DNA of 64,000 bases from Anaerolineales bacterium (lineage in GTDB: Bacteria > Chloroflexota > Anaerolineae > Anaerolineales > E44-bin32): positions 11,728-75,727 of the forward strand of contig DASWJQ010000099.1 in assembly GCA_036397095.1 (NCBI GenBank), read 5' to 3'. The first letter of the stretch is position 1, and each line of letters starts with the position of its first letter. A program made the position numbers and the translations under genes. This document shows, piece by piece, positions 1 through 9,409 of this stretch. Under the pieces are notes generated by a model that searched no databases, had not been told where the DNA came from, and saw only the letters and a list, made by a program, of their open reading frames with translations.

Positions 1-564
1 GGCTTCGACCGCGCCGATGACGGCGTGGCTGCCGGCCATCGCCGGTAAGCCAAGCCAAAGCGGGAAGGTGCCGCCGACAGCCAATTCGACCGCTGCCGCC
101 ATGGCACTCAGTTCGACCGACAACCAGGCTCCAACAAATGCCCCGGCCAGACGCCGACGCCGATCGGGCGATCGATAGCCGGCCCAATGAGCGATGGCCC
201 AGCCGCTCAGGCAGGAGAAGACCGCCAGGTTCAGGATGTTCCAGCCCATCACCAACAGGCCACCATCTTGAAAGACCAGGCCCTGGAGCATGGTGACGGC
301 CGTCATACTGACGACCGCGGCCCATGGGCCGATGAGCAACGCCAACAGGCTGCCCCCTAGCAGGTGGCCCGAGGTGCCCGCCGCAATTGGGAAATTAAGC
401 GCTTGGGCAGCAAAGACAAAGGCCGCCAGCACGCCCATAAGCGGCAGTTGGCGATCGTCGCAGCTTCGGTCCGATCGCCGCAGGGCTATCCCAATGCCTG
501 CCAGCGCCAACAGCCATCCGAGGGCCCCCAGCCAGGCCGGCAGAAAACCATCGGGCAGATGCAT
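1..564 (-). CDS. cbiM: CbiM/NikM-type cobalt/nickel ECF transporter membrane component (3' part runs off the window)
   Basis: Absent from the ORF track because there is no stop in the window. Reverse translation from ATG at 564 gives MHLPDGFLPAWLGALGWLL...LPLMGVLAAFVFAAQALNFPIAAGTSGHLLGG...GWNILNLAV. The MH(L/I)PDGFL N-terminus and GTSGHLLG are CbiM/NikM hallmarks. It lies 20 nt downstream of the Fur-family gene. Confidence 0.8.
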   Translation of the reverse strand, partial: MHLPDGFLPAWLGALGWLLALAGIGIALRRSDRSCDDRQLPLMGVLAAFVFAAQALNFPIAAGTSGHLLGGSLLALLIGPWAAVVSMTAVTMLQGLVFQDGGLLVMGWNILNLAVFSCLSGWAIAHWAGYRSPDRRRRLAGAFVGAWLSVELSAMAAAVELAVGGTFPLWLGLPAMAGSHAVIGAVEA

Positions 565-584
565 TAACCACGGTTTGGCCAACG

Positions 585-1031
585 TTAACCGCCCGTTCGC
601 TTGCCGCTGGCGCGGCGACAGCCAGCACAGGTACCAATCAGGGTCAAATGGCGCAGATCTACCTGGAAGCCCGCGTGGCGCTGGATGCGTTTGGCCATCG
701 GTATCAAGCTGTCGAGTGGCAGCTCATTCACCTGCTGACAGGCCCGGCATAGCAGGTGCGCATGGGGGTGTTTCGGATCACGCGGGGCGAAGCGATGGCT
801 GCCGGCGCTGGAGGCGAAAGCATCCACCAGCCCCGCCCTTCGCAGGGCATCTAGCGTTCGGTAGACCGTGGCCAGATGGAGATCCGGATGCCGGCGAAGC
901 GCCGCCTGATGAATCTGCCGAACGGTTGAATGCCCACCGAGGCCGGCCAGCGCGTCAAGGATAGCGAGCCGCTGCGCGGTCACACGCAAGCCATGCCTGC
1001 GCAGATTGTCGTCGAAGGCAGTCGCTCCCAT
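585..1031 (-). CDS. Fur-family metalloregulator (Fur/Zur/Nur type)
   Basis: 148 aa. RVTAQRLAILDAL...TVYRTLDALRRAGLV is a winged helix, and HAHLLCRACQQV...GTCAGC gives paired CxxC metal sites. RBS AGGAGGGA precedes the ATG. Confidence 0.9.
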   Translation of the reverse strand: MGATAFDDNLRRHGLRVTAQRLAILDALAGLGGHSTVRQIHQAALRRHPDLHLATVYRTLDALRRAGLVDAFASSAGSHRFAPRDPKHPHAHLLCRACQQVNELPLDSLIPMAKRIQRHAGFQVDLRHLTLIGTCAGCRRASGKRTGG

Positions 1032-1038
1032 TTCCCTC

Positions 1039-1069
1039 CTGCAAAACTTTGCAGAAGATTATCATAAGT
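1039..1069. promoter_or_regulatory. Candidate operator: 7-2-7 palindrome CTGCAAA-ac-TTTGCAG followed by a Fur-box-like AGATTATCATAAG
   Basis: Read directly in the divergent region between the Fur-family gene and the oxidoreductase gene. The palindrome lies 8 nt upstream of the fur start codon. GATTATCAT resembles the core of the classical Fur box. Confidence 0.35.
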
Positions 1070-1210
1070 GGAGACGGCCTGACGGCAGTGCTTGCAAGCC
1101 CGATGTTATGATCGATGCCCGCTGGCCCACCAACCGCCGGCAGGGACCTGCACAAGGCGGCCGGCGCAGCGCCAACCCATCGGCCGCCAATCGATCCTAG
1201 GAGCAGCCAA

Positions 1211-2602
1211 ATGCCCAGCCCCGAAACCTACGACGCCATCATCCTTGGCGCCGGTCAGGCAGCGCTGCCGCTGGCCCACAAACTGGCCGCAGCCGGCCGC
1301 CGGACGGCCCTGATTGAGCGGCATTGGGTCGGCGGCACATGCATTAACACCGGCTGTACCCCGACCAAGACTATGATCGCCAGCGCCCAGGTGGCCAATC
1401 TGGCGCGGCGTGCTGGCGACTTCGGGGTCCAGGTTGGCCAGGTCCAGGTCGACTTGCCGGTCATCGTCAACCGCAAGCGCCAGATCGTCGAAAGCTTTCG
1501 TCGGCCTAACGAGCAGCGCCTCGAAGCCGCCGATGGGATTGACCTGATCTACGGCCAGGCCTACTTCAACGGCGAGCGCCAGCTCACCGTCGAAACCAGG
1601 CAGGGGGACCAGCGGTCGCTCCAAGCCGAGACCATCATTATCAATACCGGCGGCCGGCCGCAGCCACCCGCGCCTCCGGGGCTGGAGAGGCTGAAAGCGC
1701 TCGATTCGTCGGCCATGCTCGAATTGACCGAGCTACCGAGCCATCTGATCGTGTTGGGCGGAGGCTACGTCGGCGTCGAATTTGGCCAGATGTTCCGCCG
1801 CTTTGGGACTGCAGTAACCATCGTCCAGCGCGCTGCCCAGCTGCTGCCTTTCGAGGATGAAGACATCGCCGAGACGCTGCAGGACATCCTGGCCGAGGAG
1901 GGGGTCGACCTACATCTAGGGTCCATGGCAACCGAGGCTGGTCAATCCGATCACGGCGGCATATTCCTGATGGTCGAGGCCGGCGGCAGGACCCAACGAC
2001 TCGAAGGATCCCAATTGCTTGTGGCGACCGGCCGTCAGCCCAATACCGAGGCGATACGAGCCGAAGCGGCTGGCGTCGAGTTGGACGAACGAGGCTACAT
2101 TCAGGTCGACAACCGGCTGCGCACGACGGCGGCGGGGATCTTCGCCGTCGGCGACGTCAAAGGCGGCCCGGCCTTCACCCATATCTCCTACGATGACCAC
2201 CGCATTGTTGCCGACCAGCTGTTGGGGGACGGTTCGGCCACGACCGAAGGGCGGATGGTTCCCTACACGGTGTTTACCCAACCGCAGCTTGGCCGAATCG
2301 GGCTGACCGAAAGTCAGGCCCGCCAATCCGGCCAATCCATCGGCGTCGCCGAACTGCCCATGTCCCACGTCGCCCGGGCGATCGAGCTTGGCGACACCCG
2401 GGGCAAGATGAAAGCGGTGGTAGATCGCCAGACCCAACAGATCTTGGGCGCTGCCATTCTCGGGATGGAAGGCGGAGAGCTGATGGGGGCGCTGCAGATC
2501 GCCATGATGGCCGGGCTGCCCTATCCCCGTCTGCAGGAGGCGACCTTTGCCCACCCAACGCTTATGGAAGCCTTCAACAACCTGTTTTCTGCTGTCAACT
2601 AG
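1211..2602 (+). CDS. Class I pyridine nucleotide-disulfide oxidoreductase, RclA/YkgC- or MerA-like
   Basis: YDAIILGAGQAA is an FAD fold and GGTCINTGCTPTK is the redox-active CxxxxC. A C-terminal dimerisation region is present. The start was trimmed to ATG 1211 (MPSPETYD) from track ORF 1115..2602. Confidence 0.85.
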   Translation: MPSPETYDAIILGAGQAALPLAHKLAAAGRRTALIERHWVGGTCINTGCTPTKTMIASAQVANLARRAGDFGVQVGQVQVDLPVIVNRKRQIVESFRRPNEQRLEAADGIDLIYGQAYFNGERQLTVETRQGDQRSLQAETIIINTGGRPQPPAPPGLERLKALDSSAMLELTELPSHLIVLGGGYVGVEFGQMFRRFGTAVTIVQRAAQLLPFEDEDIAETLQDILAEEGVDLHLGSMATEAGQSDHGGIFLMVEAGGRTQRLEGSQLLVATGRQPNTEAIRAEAAGVELDERGYIQVDNRLRTTAAGIFAVGDVKGGPAFTHISYDDHRIVADQLLGDGSATTEGRMVPYTVFTQPQLGRIGLTESQARQSGQSIGVAELPMSHVARAIELGDTRGKMKAVVDRQTQQILGAAILGMEGGELMGALQIAMMAGLPYPRLQEATFAHPTLMEAFNNLFSAVN

Positions 2603-2657
2603 GCATCAAGCTTTGGCGGCTCGCTTCTAATGGCTGGAACCACGAAGACCCGAAGGA

Positions 2658-2838
2658 CACCAAGTGGTAGGTAAGGAACACAAAGAAGTGCGCTTTCAGC
2701 CTTAAGGCATCAACGCACGAAATCTTGCGGACGGCTGACGTCTGACCGCAGGCCGCTCAGTGCGATCTAGCCATATCCCTCCCTAAGGCACCCCTTCGTG
2801 TTCCCCCCTTGACCCTTTGTGCCCTTTGACTCTTGGTG
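2658..2838. repeat. Long imperfect inverted repeat in an AT-richer convergent intergenic region
   Basis: Left arm: CACCAAG...GGAACACAAAGAAGTGC...CCTTAAGG (2658-2708). Right arm: CCCTAAGG-CACCCCTTCGTGTTCC...CTTGGTG (2781-2838), which is its approximate reverse complement. It sits between two convergent stop codons (2602 and 2857). Confidence 0.35.
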
Positions 2839-2856
2839 GTTCAGCTTTGCCCGCGC

Positions 2857-3804
2857 TCAGCGGCCCAGTCGGATGCGCGGGTTGAGCGCGGCGTACAGCA
2901 AGTCGGCGGCCAGATTGGCGCCGGCGAAGGCCACCACCGTGATCATGGTGACCGCTTGCAACAGCGGTAGATCCCGGCGGTCGATGGCGAACACCATCAG
3001 CCGTCCCAGCCCCGGGTAATTGAAGACATTCTCGATCACGATCAGACCGCTAATCATCCAGCCGAGGCTGATGGCGATCACCGTGATGGTGGGCAGCAAC
3101 GCGTTGCGCAACAAGTGGCGCAAGGTCACGGTCCGAGCCGGCAATCCCTTGAGTTGGGCAGTGCGGACGTAAGGCTTGTGCAGCTCCTCAATGACCCCGG
3201 CGCGCGTCAATCGGGCAATGTAGGCCAACAGCACCAGGGTGGCGGTCAGGGCCGGCAGAATCAACATTGGCAGGGCTTCGAAAAAGCCGGCCTGCAATCG
3301 AATCGAGGAATTGGCCGGCAACCAGCCGAGGCCAAAGGCGAAGACCTGAATCAGTACCAAGCCGGTGACAAACTCGGGCAGACCGACGACCGCCAGCGAG
3401 CCGATGCTGATCACATGATCTATGGGCTTGTCCTGGTTGAGCCCGGAAACCACGCCCAGCAGCAAAGCCGTTGGCACCGACACCAGCAGCACGACCGAGG
3501 CCAGCATTAGCGAGTTGCGCAATCGCGGACTCACCAGGCCCAACACGTCGGCACCGGTGCTGAAGGACTGGCCCCAGTCGCCACGCACGAAACCCTTCAG
3601 CCAGTTGGCATACTGCACCGGCCACGGGTCGTTCAGCCCCAGCTCCTGGCGCAGCGCCTCGACCGCCGCCTCCCCGGCTTCACGTCCGAGCAAGACCCGG
3701 GCGATATCGCCCGGCAGCAATTGGGTGACGATGAAGACGATCATTGAGGTGATCAATGCCGTCAGCAACAAGAAACCGAGCCGCCTGAGCAAGTAGCGGA
3801 TCAC
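2857..3804 (-). CDS. ABC transporter permease, DppB/OppB/NikB type
   Basis: 315 aa. N-terminus MIRYLLRRLGFLLLTALITSMIVF is typical of this type; multi-TM. Its start overlaps the stop of the upstream ATPase gene by 4 nt. Confidence 0.9.
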   Translation of the reverse strand: MIRYLLRRLGFLLLTALITSMIVFIVTQLLPGDIARVLLGREAGEAAVEALRQELGLNDPWPVQYANWLKGFVRGDWGQSFSTGADVLGLVSPRLRNSLMLASVVLLVSVPTALLLGVVSGLNQDKPIDHVISIGSLAVVGLPEFVTGLVLIQVFAFGLGWLPANSSIRLQAGFFEALPMLILPALTATLVLLAYIARLTRAGVIEELHKPYVRTAQLKGLPARTVTLRHLLRNALLPTITVIAISLGWMISGLIVIENVFNYPGLGRLMVFAIDRRDLPLLQAVTMITVVAFAGANLAADLLYAALNPRIRLGR

Positions 3805-5885
3805 GCCCGAGCCTCCGCCGAGAAACGGAAGACCTTCTCCTGCATCTCGGCCAAATCGTTTGCTGCGATATGGCAGTAGTAGCCCTTACCGGCAGGCGTT
3901 ATGCGCCAGGGCGGCTCCTGGTCGACGCAAATGTCGCCCAGGAAGCGTGGGCAACGAGTATGAAACGGGCACCCGGTTGGCGGATCGACCGGGCTTGGGA
4001 CGTCGCCTTCGAGGCGGATCTGCCGCTGCTCGGCCTGCGGGTCGATCAGTGGAATGGCCGAAAGCAAGGCTTCCGTGTAGGGATGATACGGTGGCTCGAA
4101 CAGGTCTTTGGCCCGAGCCAGCTCCATCAGCTTGCCTAAGTAGACCACGGCAACCGTGTCGGCCAGGTAACCGACGACGGCAAGGTTGTGTGAGATCAGC
4201 AAGTAGGAGCTGCCGTGCTCCTGCTGGAGCCGATTGAGCAGGTTGAGCAGGGAGGCCTGCACCGAAACATCCAGCGAGGTGACGGGTTCATCGGCGACCA
4301 AGAGATCGGGCTCCGAGGCAAAGGCCCGCGCCACCGCCACCCGCTGTTTCTCTCCCCCGCTTAGCTGCGCCGGATAGCGCCGGCTGTAGTCCGCGCTCAA
4401 TTGGACCGAGTCCAACAGCTCCAGCATGCGCGCCTCGGCTTGGTGGCGGGTTAGCCCTGCGAGATGCTGCAGCGGGTAGCGCAGCGTGGCGCCAATCGTC
4501 TGATGGGGATTGAGGGCTTCATCCGGATTCTGGAACACGATTTGCAGTTGGCGCAAAGTCTTCAGGCCGCGCTCGCTCAGGCTGGGCGGCAGCTCAACGC
4601 CACACAGATGGATCTCACCTTCTGTGCGTTGCACCAACCCCAGGACGGCCCGCGCCAGGGTCGTCTTGCCCGAGCCGCTCTCGCCCACCAAACCCAGGGT
4701 CTCTCCGGCGCCGATCTCGAGGCTCACGCCGTCAATGGCCTTGACCGGAGAGGCCGGAATACCACGCACCATCTGGCTCAGTCGCCGGCGCCGGTCAAAG
4801 TGCACGCGCAGGCCTTCGATTTCCAGGAGCGTCTCGCTTCCCCTCTCGACTTGCACGCTCACCGCCTCCGGCGCCGGTTGTTGGGCGTCGATCTGGCCGG
4901 CTTCGATTTCCTGCCAGCGATGGCAACGTGTCCTCCTGCCGGCACTGGGTTCATACAACGGCGGTTCTTGTTTGCACACGTCAATCGCCAGCGGGCAGCG
5001 CGGCCGGAAGATACAGCCCGTCGGTAGATCGTCAAGCGGTGGGATGCGCCCCATGATCGGCCGCAGCTTGACTTCAACCTTGGTCTCCCCCAGGCGTGGC
5101 ACCGAATCAAGCAGGCCGCGTGTGTAGGGGAACAATGGCTGCCGGTAGATGGCGGCGGTCGGCCCATCCTCGACCAATTCTCCGGCATAAAGCACCGCCA
5201 CCCGCTGGCAGATGCGGGCGACGACCCCAAGATTGTGCGTCACGTATAAGGCAGCCGTCTGCCGCGCCTGCATCAGATCCCGGATCAGGTCGAGAATTGC
5301 CGCCTGGGTGGTGGCGTCGAGGCTGGTCGTCGGCTCGTCCAACACCAGCAGGCTGGGCTCGGTGCTGAGCGCCATCGCAATCAGTACCCGCTGCTGCATA
5401 CCTCCGCTGATTTGATGTGGGTAGTTCGACAAGATGCGCTCGGGGTCGGCAATCCGGACCATTTCAAGCAATTCAAGCGAACGCTGCCGGGCCTCGTGTT
5501 CGCGCATTCCCAGATGGTGACGCAGGCCCTCGGCGACCTGCTGGCCAATCCGCAGCGAAGGGTTGAGAGAAGACAATGGGTCCTGGGGCACGAACGTGAT
5601 CTGTGCTCCCCACAGACGGCGCAGTTCATCCCGCGACAGCCGAAGCAGATCAACCCCATTGAACTCGATTGCGCCGCCTAGCACCCGACCTTCGGGCGGC
5701 AAATAGCCCATGATCGAAAGCGCCAGCGTGGTCTTGCCCGATCCGCTCTCTCCCACCAACCCATAGATTTGCCCCTGCTCGATCGCAAGCGAGACATTGC
5801 GGACGGCCCGACGGAAACCGGCGCCACGGCGGTAGCCGACCGTCAAGTCCCTGACATCGAGCAAGGGTGCTGCCGGGGTGTTCAT
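3801..5885 (-). CDS. Fused double ATP-binding protein of a peptide/nickel ABC importer (DppD-DppF type)
   Basis: Two Walker A motifs (GESGSGKTT twice) and two LSGG signature motifs (ISGGMQQR, LSGGEKQR). The start was trimmed to ATG 5885 (MNTPAAPLLDVRDL), which forms an ATGA overlap with the upstream permease stop. Confidence 0.9.
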   Translation of the reverse strand: MNTPAAPLLDVRDLTVGYRRGAGFRRAVRNVSLAIEQGQIYGLVGESGSGKTTLALSIMGYLPPEGRVLGGAIEFNGVDLLRLSRDELRRLWGAQITFVPQDPLSSLNPSLRIGQQVAEGLRHHLGMREHEARQRSLELLEMVRIADPERILSNYPHQISGGMQQRVLIAMALSTEPSLLVLDEPTTSLDATTQAAILDLIRDLMQARQTAALYVTHNLGVVARICQRVAVLYAGELVEDGPTAAIYRQPLFPYTRGLLDSVPRLGETKVEVKLRPIMGRIPPLDDLPTGCIFRPRCPLAIDVCKQEPPLYEPSAGRRTRCHRWQEIEAGQIDAQQPAPEAVSVQVERGSETLLEIEGLRVHFDRRRRLSQMVRGIPASPVKAIDGVSLEIGAGETLGLVGESGSGKTTLARAVLGLVQRTEGEIHLCGVELPPSLSERGLKTLRQLQIVFQNPDEALNPHQTIGATLRYPLQHLAGLTRHQAEARMLELLDSVQLSADYSRRYPAQLSGGEKQRVAVARAFASEPDLLVADEPVTSLDVSVQASLLNLLNRLQQEHGSSYLLISHNLAVVGYLADTVAVVYLGKLMELARAKDLFEPPYHPYTEALLSAIPLIDPQAEQRQIRLEGDVPSPVDPPTGCPFHTRCPRFLGDICVDQEPPWRITPAGKGYYCHIAANDLAEMQEKVFRFSAEARA

Positions 5886-6778
5886 GGGGCCTCGAGCTCG
5901 TCCGACTGGAGGGCCCGCTTCAAGCCGTCGGAGGCTAGATTGACTCCGACCACGACGACGGCGATGGCACCGGCCGGAAAATACATGGCCCATGGCACCT
6001 GCGAGACGAAGAAGCGCGCCTCCTTCACCATTAGGCCCCAATCCGGGTTGGGCGGCTGCACGCCGACCCCGAGGAAGCCTAGTGAGGCCACCAAGAAGAT
6101 GGCGTACGAGAAGCGCAGGGCGGCCTCGACCGCCAGGGCCGGCAACGTTGACGGCAGGATCTCCCAGAACAGAATACGGGGCAGCCCAGCCCCTTGGACC
6201 CGGGCCGCTTCGACAAACCCCTTGCTTTTGACCGAAAGGACCACGGAGCGCACCACGCGGGCCACAATCGGCGTGTAGACCACGACAATCACCAGCAGCA
6301 CACTTTTGCGCGATGGACCGAGTGTGCCTAGCAGCAACAGGGACAGAAGCAAGGCGGGCATCGCCAGCAGGCTATCAAAGACGCGCATTAGGACCTCGTC
6401 GAACCAACCACCGGCATAGCCACTCAGCAAGCCCAGGCTGGTGCCGCTGACCACTGCCAGCGCCGTTCCAAGGCCGGCCAGCGCCAATATGTCACGGGCG
6501 CCGGACACCACACGGCTGAACACGTCCCGTCCCAGGTTGTCGGTCCCAAACCAGTGGTTGGGTCCGGGGGCCTGGCGGGCATCGGCCACGATCTGCTGGT
6601 TGGCGCCATAGGGCACCAGCATCGGTCCAAAGGCGGCGGTCAACAGGAAGAGAACGACGATCGAGGTGCCAACCGCCGAAGCGGGTCGAGCGAACAATCG
6701 TCGCAGGATGAGCAAGGAGCGCCGGCCCGCGGCGGGCACAGCGCTCCCTGGAGTGTCAGCAGCCGAAGCTGCGGTCAT
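5882..6778 (-). CDS. ABC transporter permease, DppC/OppC/NikC type
   Basis: 298 aa multi-TM protein located between the binding-protein gene and the ATPase gene. Confidence 0.9.
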   Translation of the reverse strand: MTAASAADTPGSAVPAAGRRSLLILRRLFARPASAVGTSIVVLFLLTAAFGPMLVPYGANQQIVADARQAPGPNHWFGTDNLGRDVFSRVVSGARDILALAGLGTALAVVSGTSLGLLSGYAGGWFDEVLMRVFDSLLAMPALLLSLLLLGTLGPSRKSVLLVIVVVYTPIVARVVRSVVLSVKSKGFVEAARVQGAGLPRILFWEILPSTLPALAVEAALRFSYAIFLVASLGFLGVGVQPPNPDWGLMVKEARFFVSQVPWAMYFPAGAIAVVVVGVNLASDGLKRALQSDELEAP

Positions 6779-6788
6779 CGATTCCTGC

Positions 6789-8324
6789 TTACTGGCTGAG
6801 TGTGACCGTCCGCAAATCGGAGCGGCCGGGGAAGGCCTTCATTTCGAAACCATCCACGTGCTCCCGGGCGGCGCCCAACTGCGGGAAAAAGAACGGAATC
6901 AGGATTGGCCCGCGCTCGATCAGAATTCGCTGGATTTCATAATAGGCCTGAACCTGCTCGTCCTGATCGGTTGTGGTGCCGGCGATCTGCGCCCAACGGT
7001 CGAACTCATCATCGCAGAAATGCGCTTCGTTCCACATGGCGCCGCACACCATCATCACATCGAGATAGAACTGCGGATAGGGGCGTGAACCCCATCCCGT
7101 AATGCCAAAGGTGGCCTCGAGCCACCCGTTTTCGCCGTAGTAAACTCCCTCCGGCTCAACCGAGACTTCAATGTCGAAACCGGCTTCGGACAGCTGCTCC
7201 TTGAGCACGACCGCCAGGTCGGGGAAGTTCTGGGCTTCCGGCAGCCGCAACGTCAGCGCCAGGCCTTCATCGTAGCCGGCATCCGCCAGCAACTGACGCG
7301 CTGCCTCGAGGTCCCGCTCGGGCAAAGGGATCTCCTCGGTGTAGAGGTCCGGATAGAGCGGCCCGACCGGCGTATCGCGGCCCATTGCCCCCATCCCCTG
7401 CTGAACCAGCTCCAGGATCGCCGGGCGATCGATCGCTAGCCGCATGGCCTGCATCACGCGTGGGTCGTCGCCGGGCGGCTCGTCGGCCCGCAGCCGAACC
7501 ACCGGAAAGGCATTGGTGGCGACATCAAAGCGGTCGATGCCCGCCTCAGCCTCCAGGCTCTGGTACAGCGGCGTCGGCAGCTGCATCACAATATCCACCT
7601 GCCCGGTGCGCAATGCGTCGACCGCTGCCGCTCGGTCCTGGAAAACGATGTAGATTAGGTTGGCAACTCCCGGCTGGCCTTCGATGAAGTAGTCTGGATT
7701 GGCTGCTAGCTCGATCCGATCCTCGGGGCTGAAGTTGACCACCCGGAACGGACCACTGCCGTTGAAATCGCTTGCATCTTCCGTGCCAGCCTTCACGATC
7801 AGTGCATGGTTGTCGCTTAGATCGAACAAGAAAAATGGATTGGTCGTTTGCAGGCTGAAGGTCACCTCGTATTCACCGGTCGCTTCCACCGAGACCACGT
7901 TGGCGTACAGATCGACCGTAGCGAAGCCCGAATCTGGAGCCCGCAATCGATTGAAAGTATAGACCACGTCCTCAGCAGTCAGCGCCGAGCCATCGTGGAA
8001 GGAGGCGTTCTCGGTCAACTGAAATGTATAGGTGAGCCCGTCTTGGTTGATCTGCCAACTGGTGGCCAGCCGAGGTGCGATCTGATTGGAGGCATCGACG
8101 TCGACCAGATAGTCATATACGGCATTGGCCAAGCTTACTTCGGCATCCGAAGAGATCAGGGCCGGGTCGGTTTGAACGATCGGGTCGTAGCCGATGCGCA
8201 GCGTGGATTCGGAGGCTGGCACCGCGCCACCGCCACAGGCGCTTAGAAGCAACCCGGCCAACATGACGATTGTCAGCACAAACGGCAGACCCCGCTGCTC
8301 GGGTCTGAGGCTCTCCTTAGGCAT
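6789..8324 (-). CDS. Family-5 (peptide/nickel) ABC substrate-binding lipoprotein
   Basis: The start was trimmed to ATG 8324, preceded by AGGAGGAG. The lipoprotein signal is LLLSAC-GGG. The overall sequence resembles DppA/NikA-type binding proteins. Confidence 0.9.
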   Translation of the reverse strand: MPKESLRPEQRGLPFVLTIVMLAGLLLSACGGGAVPASESTLRIGYDPIVQTDPALISSDAEVSLANAVYDYLVDVDASNQIAPRLATSWQINQDGLTYTFQLTENASFHDGSALTAEDVVYTFNRLRAPDSGFATVDLYANVVSVEATGEYEVTFSLQTTNPFFLFDLSDNHALIVKAGTEDASDFNGSGPFRVVNFSPEDRIELAANPDYFIEGQPGVANLIYIVFQDRAAAVDALRTGQVDIVMQLPTPLYQSLEAEAGIDRFDVATNAFPVVRLRADEPPGDDPRVMQAMRLAIDRPAILELVQQGMGAMGRDTPVGPLYPDLYTEEIPLPERDLEAARQLLADAGYDEGLALTLRLPEAQNFPDLAVVLKEQLSEAGFDIEVSVEPEGVYYGENGWLEATFGITGWGSRPYPQFYLDVMMVCGAMWNEAHFCDDEFDRWAQIAGTTTDQDEQVQAYYEIQRILIERGPILIPFFFPQLGAAREHVDGFEMKAFPGRSDLRTVTLSQ

Positions 8325-8611
8325 GCTTGCTCCTCCTGCTTGCGGCAGTGCAGCTTGTCGTTCGTGGGTTGTTGAGCGTCCCCTCAAAGCCATTGAACCT
8401 GCTCTCCCCGAGCCCACATCGGCCAGGGGCCGGGCATTCCTCCGTGGGGCCCTCCGGCGGGTCCCATCATGACGCGTAATTCTTACCAAGTTCTTCAACA
8501 GCGCTTACCAGTTGTCGGATATTTTCGCTCAAATTGCGGGTAAAACTTGGCTGGAGGCGAAGCGCTCCGAGCATACCGTAGCAGTCAGCACCTTGGACGT
8601 GAAGTGGATGG

Positions 8612-9409
8612 TCAGTCTTGCCGGCTGAAGAGCCACACGCCTGGGATTAAGAAAAGGAGCGACAGCCCCGCCATTAGCGCAACATTGACAGCGATCGGCC
8701 GCAGGGCAACCTGCTCCAGCGCCGGGCTGGTCATCGCCCCGCGCAGGACTACCTGGCGCAACGGATCGACACCATAGGTAACCGGATCGATCGAGGCCAA
8801 TACCTCCATCCAAACCGGAATTCCGCGCAGGGGGAAGAAGGCGCCTGACAGGAAGAACATCGGCAGCAGCACGAAGTTCATCATCATGTGGAAGCCCTCC
8901 ATCGACCGCTGGCGGGCGGCAATGAGCAGGCCCAGCGAGGTCATCATGAGCGCCAGCAGAAGCAGGATCCCAATGATCTGAATGATCTGAAACCAGCCAA
9001 GTTGGATGCCAAGCAGCGGTGCCAGCACCAGTATGATCACGCCCTGCAGAAGGGCGATGCTGCTGCCACCGGCAACCTTGCCCGCCGCCACCGCGGTCCG
9101 CTCGACCGGGGCCACCATCACCTCTTTGAGAAAGCCAAACTCCCGGTCCCACACGACCGAGACTGCCGAAAAGACGCCGGTGAAGAGTACCGTCATCGCC
9201 AGAATCCCGGGGAAAAGGAACTGGGAGTAGTTGACCTGCCCTTGACCCAGACCCGAAATGGCCGCCGAAAAGCCGCCGCCAAACAGGACCAGGAAGAGCA
9301 GCGGTTGACCTAGCGAGGCAATGAGCCGGGCTCGGTCGCGCTGGTAGCGCAGGATGTCGCGCAGCCAGATGGTATAGGCACCGCGCAGCCAACCCATGAT
9401 CGCCTCCAT
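8612..9409 (-). CDS. ABC-2 type exporter permease
   Basis: 265 aa, six predicted TM segments, directly downstream of a DrrA-like ATPase gene. Confidence 0.85.
   Translation of the reverse strand: MEAIMGWLRGAYTIWLRDILRYQRDRARLIASLGQPLLFLVLFGGGFSAAISGLGQGQVNYSQFLFPGILAMTVLFTGVFSAVSVVWDREFGFLKEVMVAPVERTAVAAGKVAGGSSIALLQGVIILVLAPLLGIQLGWFQIIQIIGILLLLALMMTSLGLLIAARQRSMEGFHMMMNFVLLPMFFLSGAFFPLRGIPVWMEVLASIDPVTYGVDPLRQVVLRGAMTSPALEQVALRPIAVNVALMAGLSLLFLIPGVWLFSRQD

Noticed and set aside
290-964. Long ORFs overlapping or antisense to recognisable genes. Examples: 290..964, 13452..14363, 15196..15891, 19410..20426, 22213..23343, 38975..40177, 40311..41615, 60300..61481, 61255..62163.
   Set aside because: Their translations are Arg/Pro/Gly/Ala-rich with no recognisable motifs. 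Each lies on the opposite strand or in another frame of a gene with clear family signatures. This is the typical open-frame artefact of high-GC DNA.
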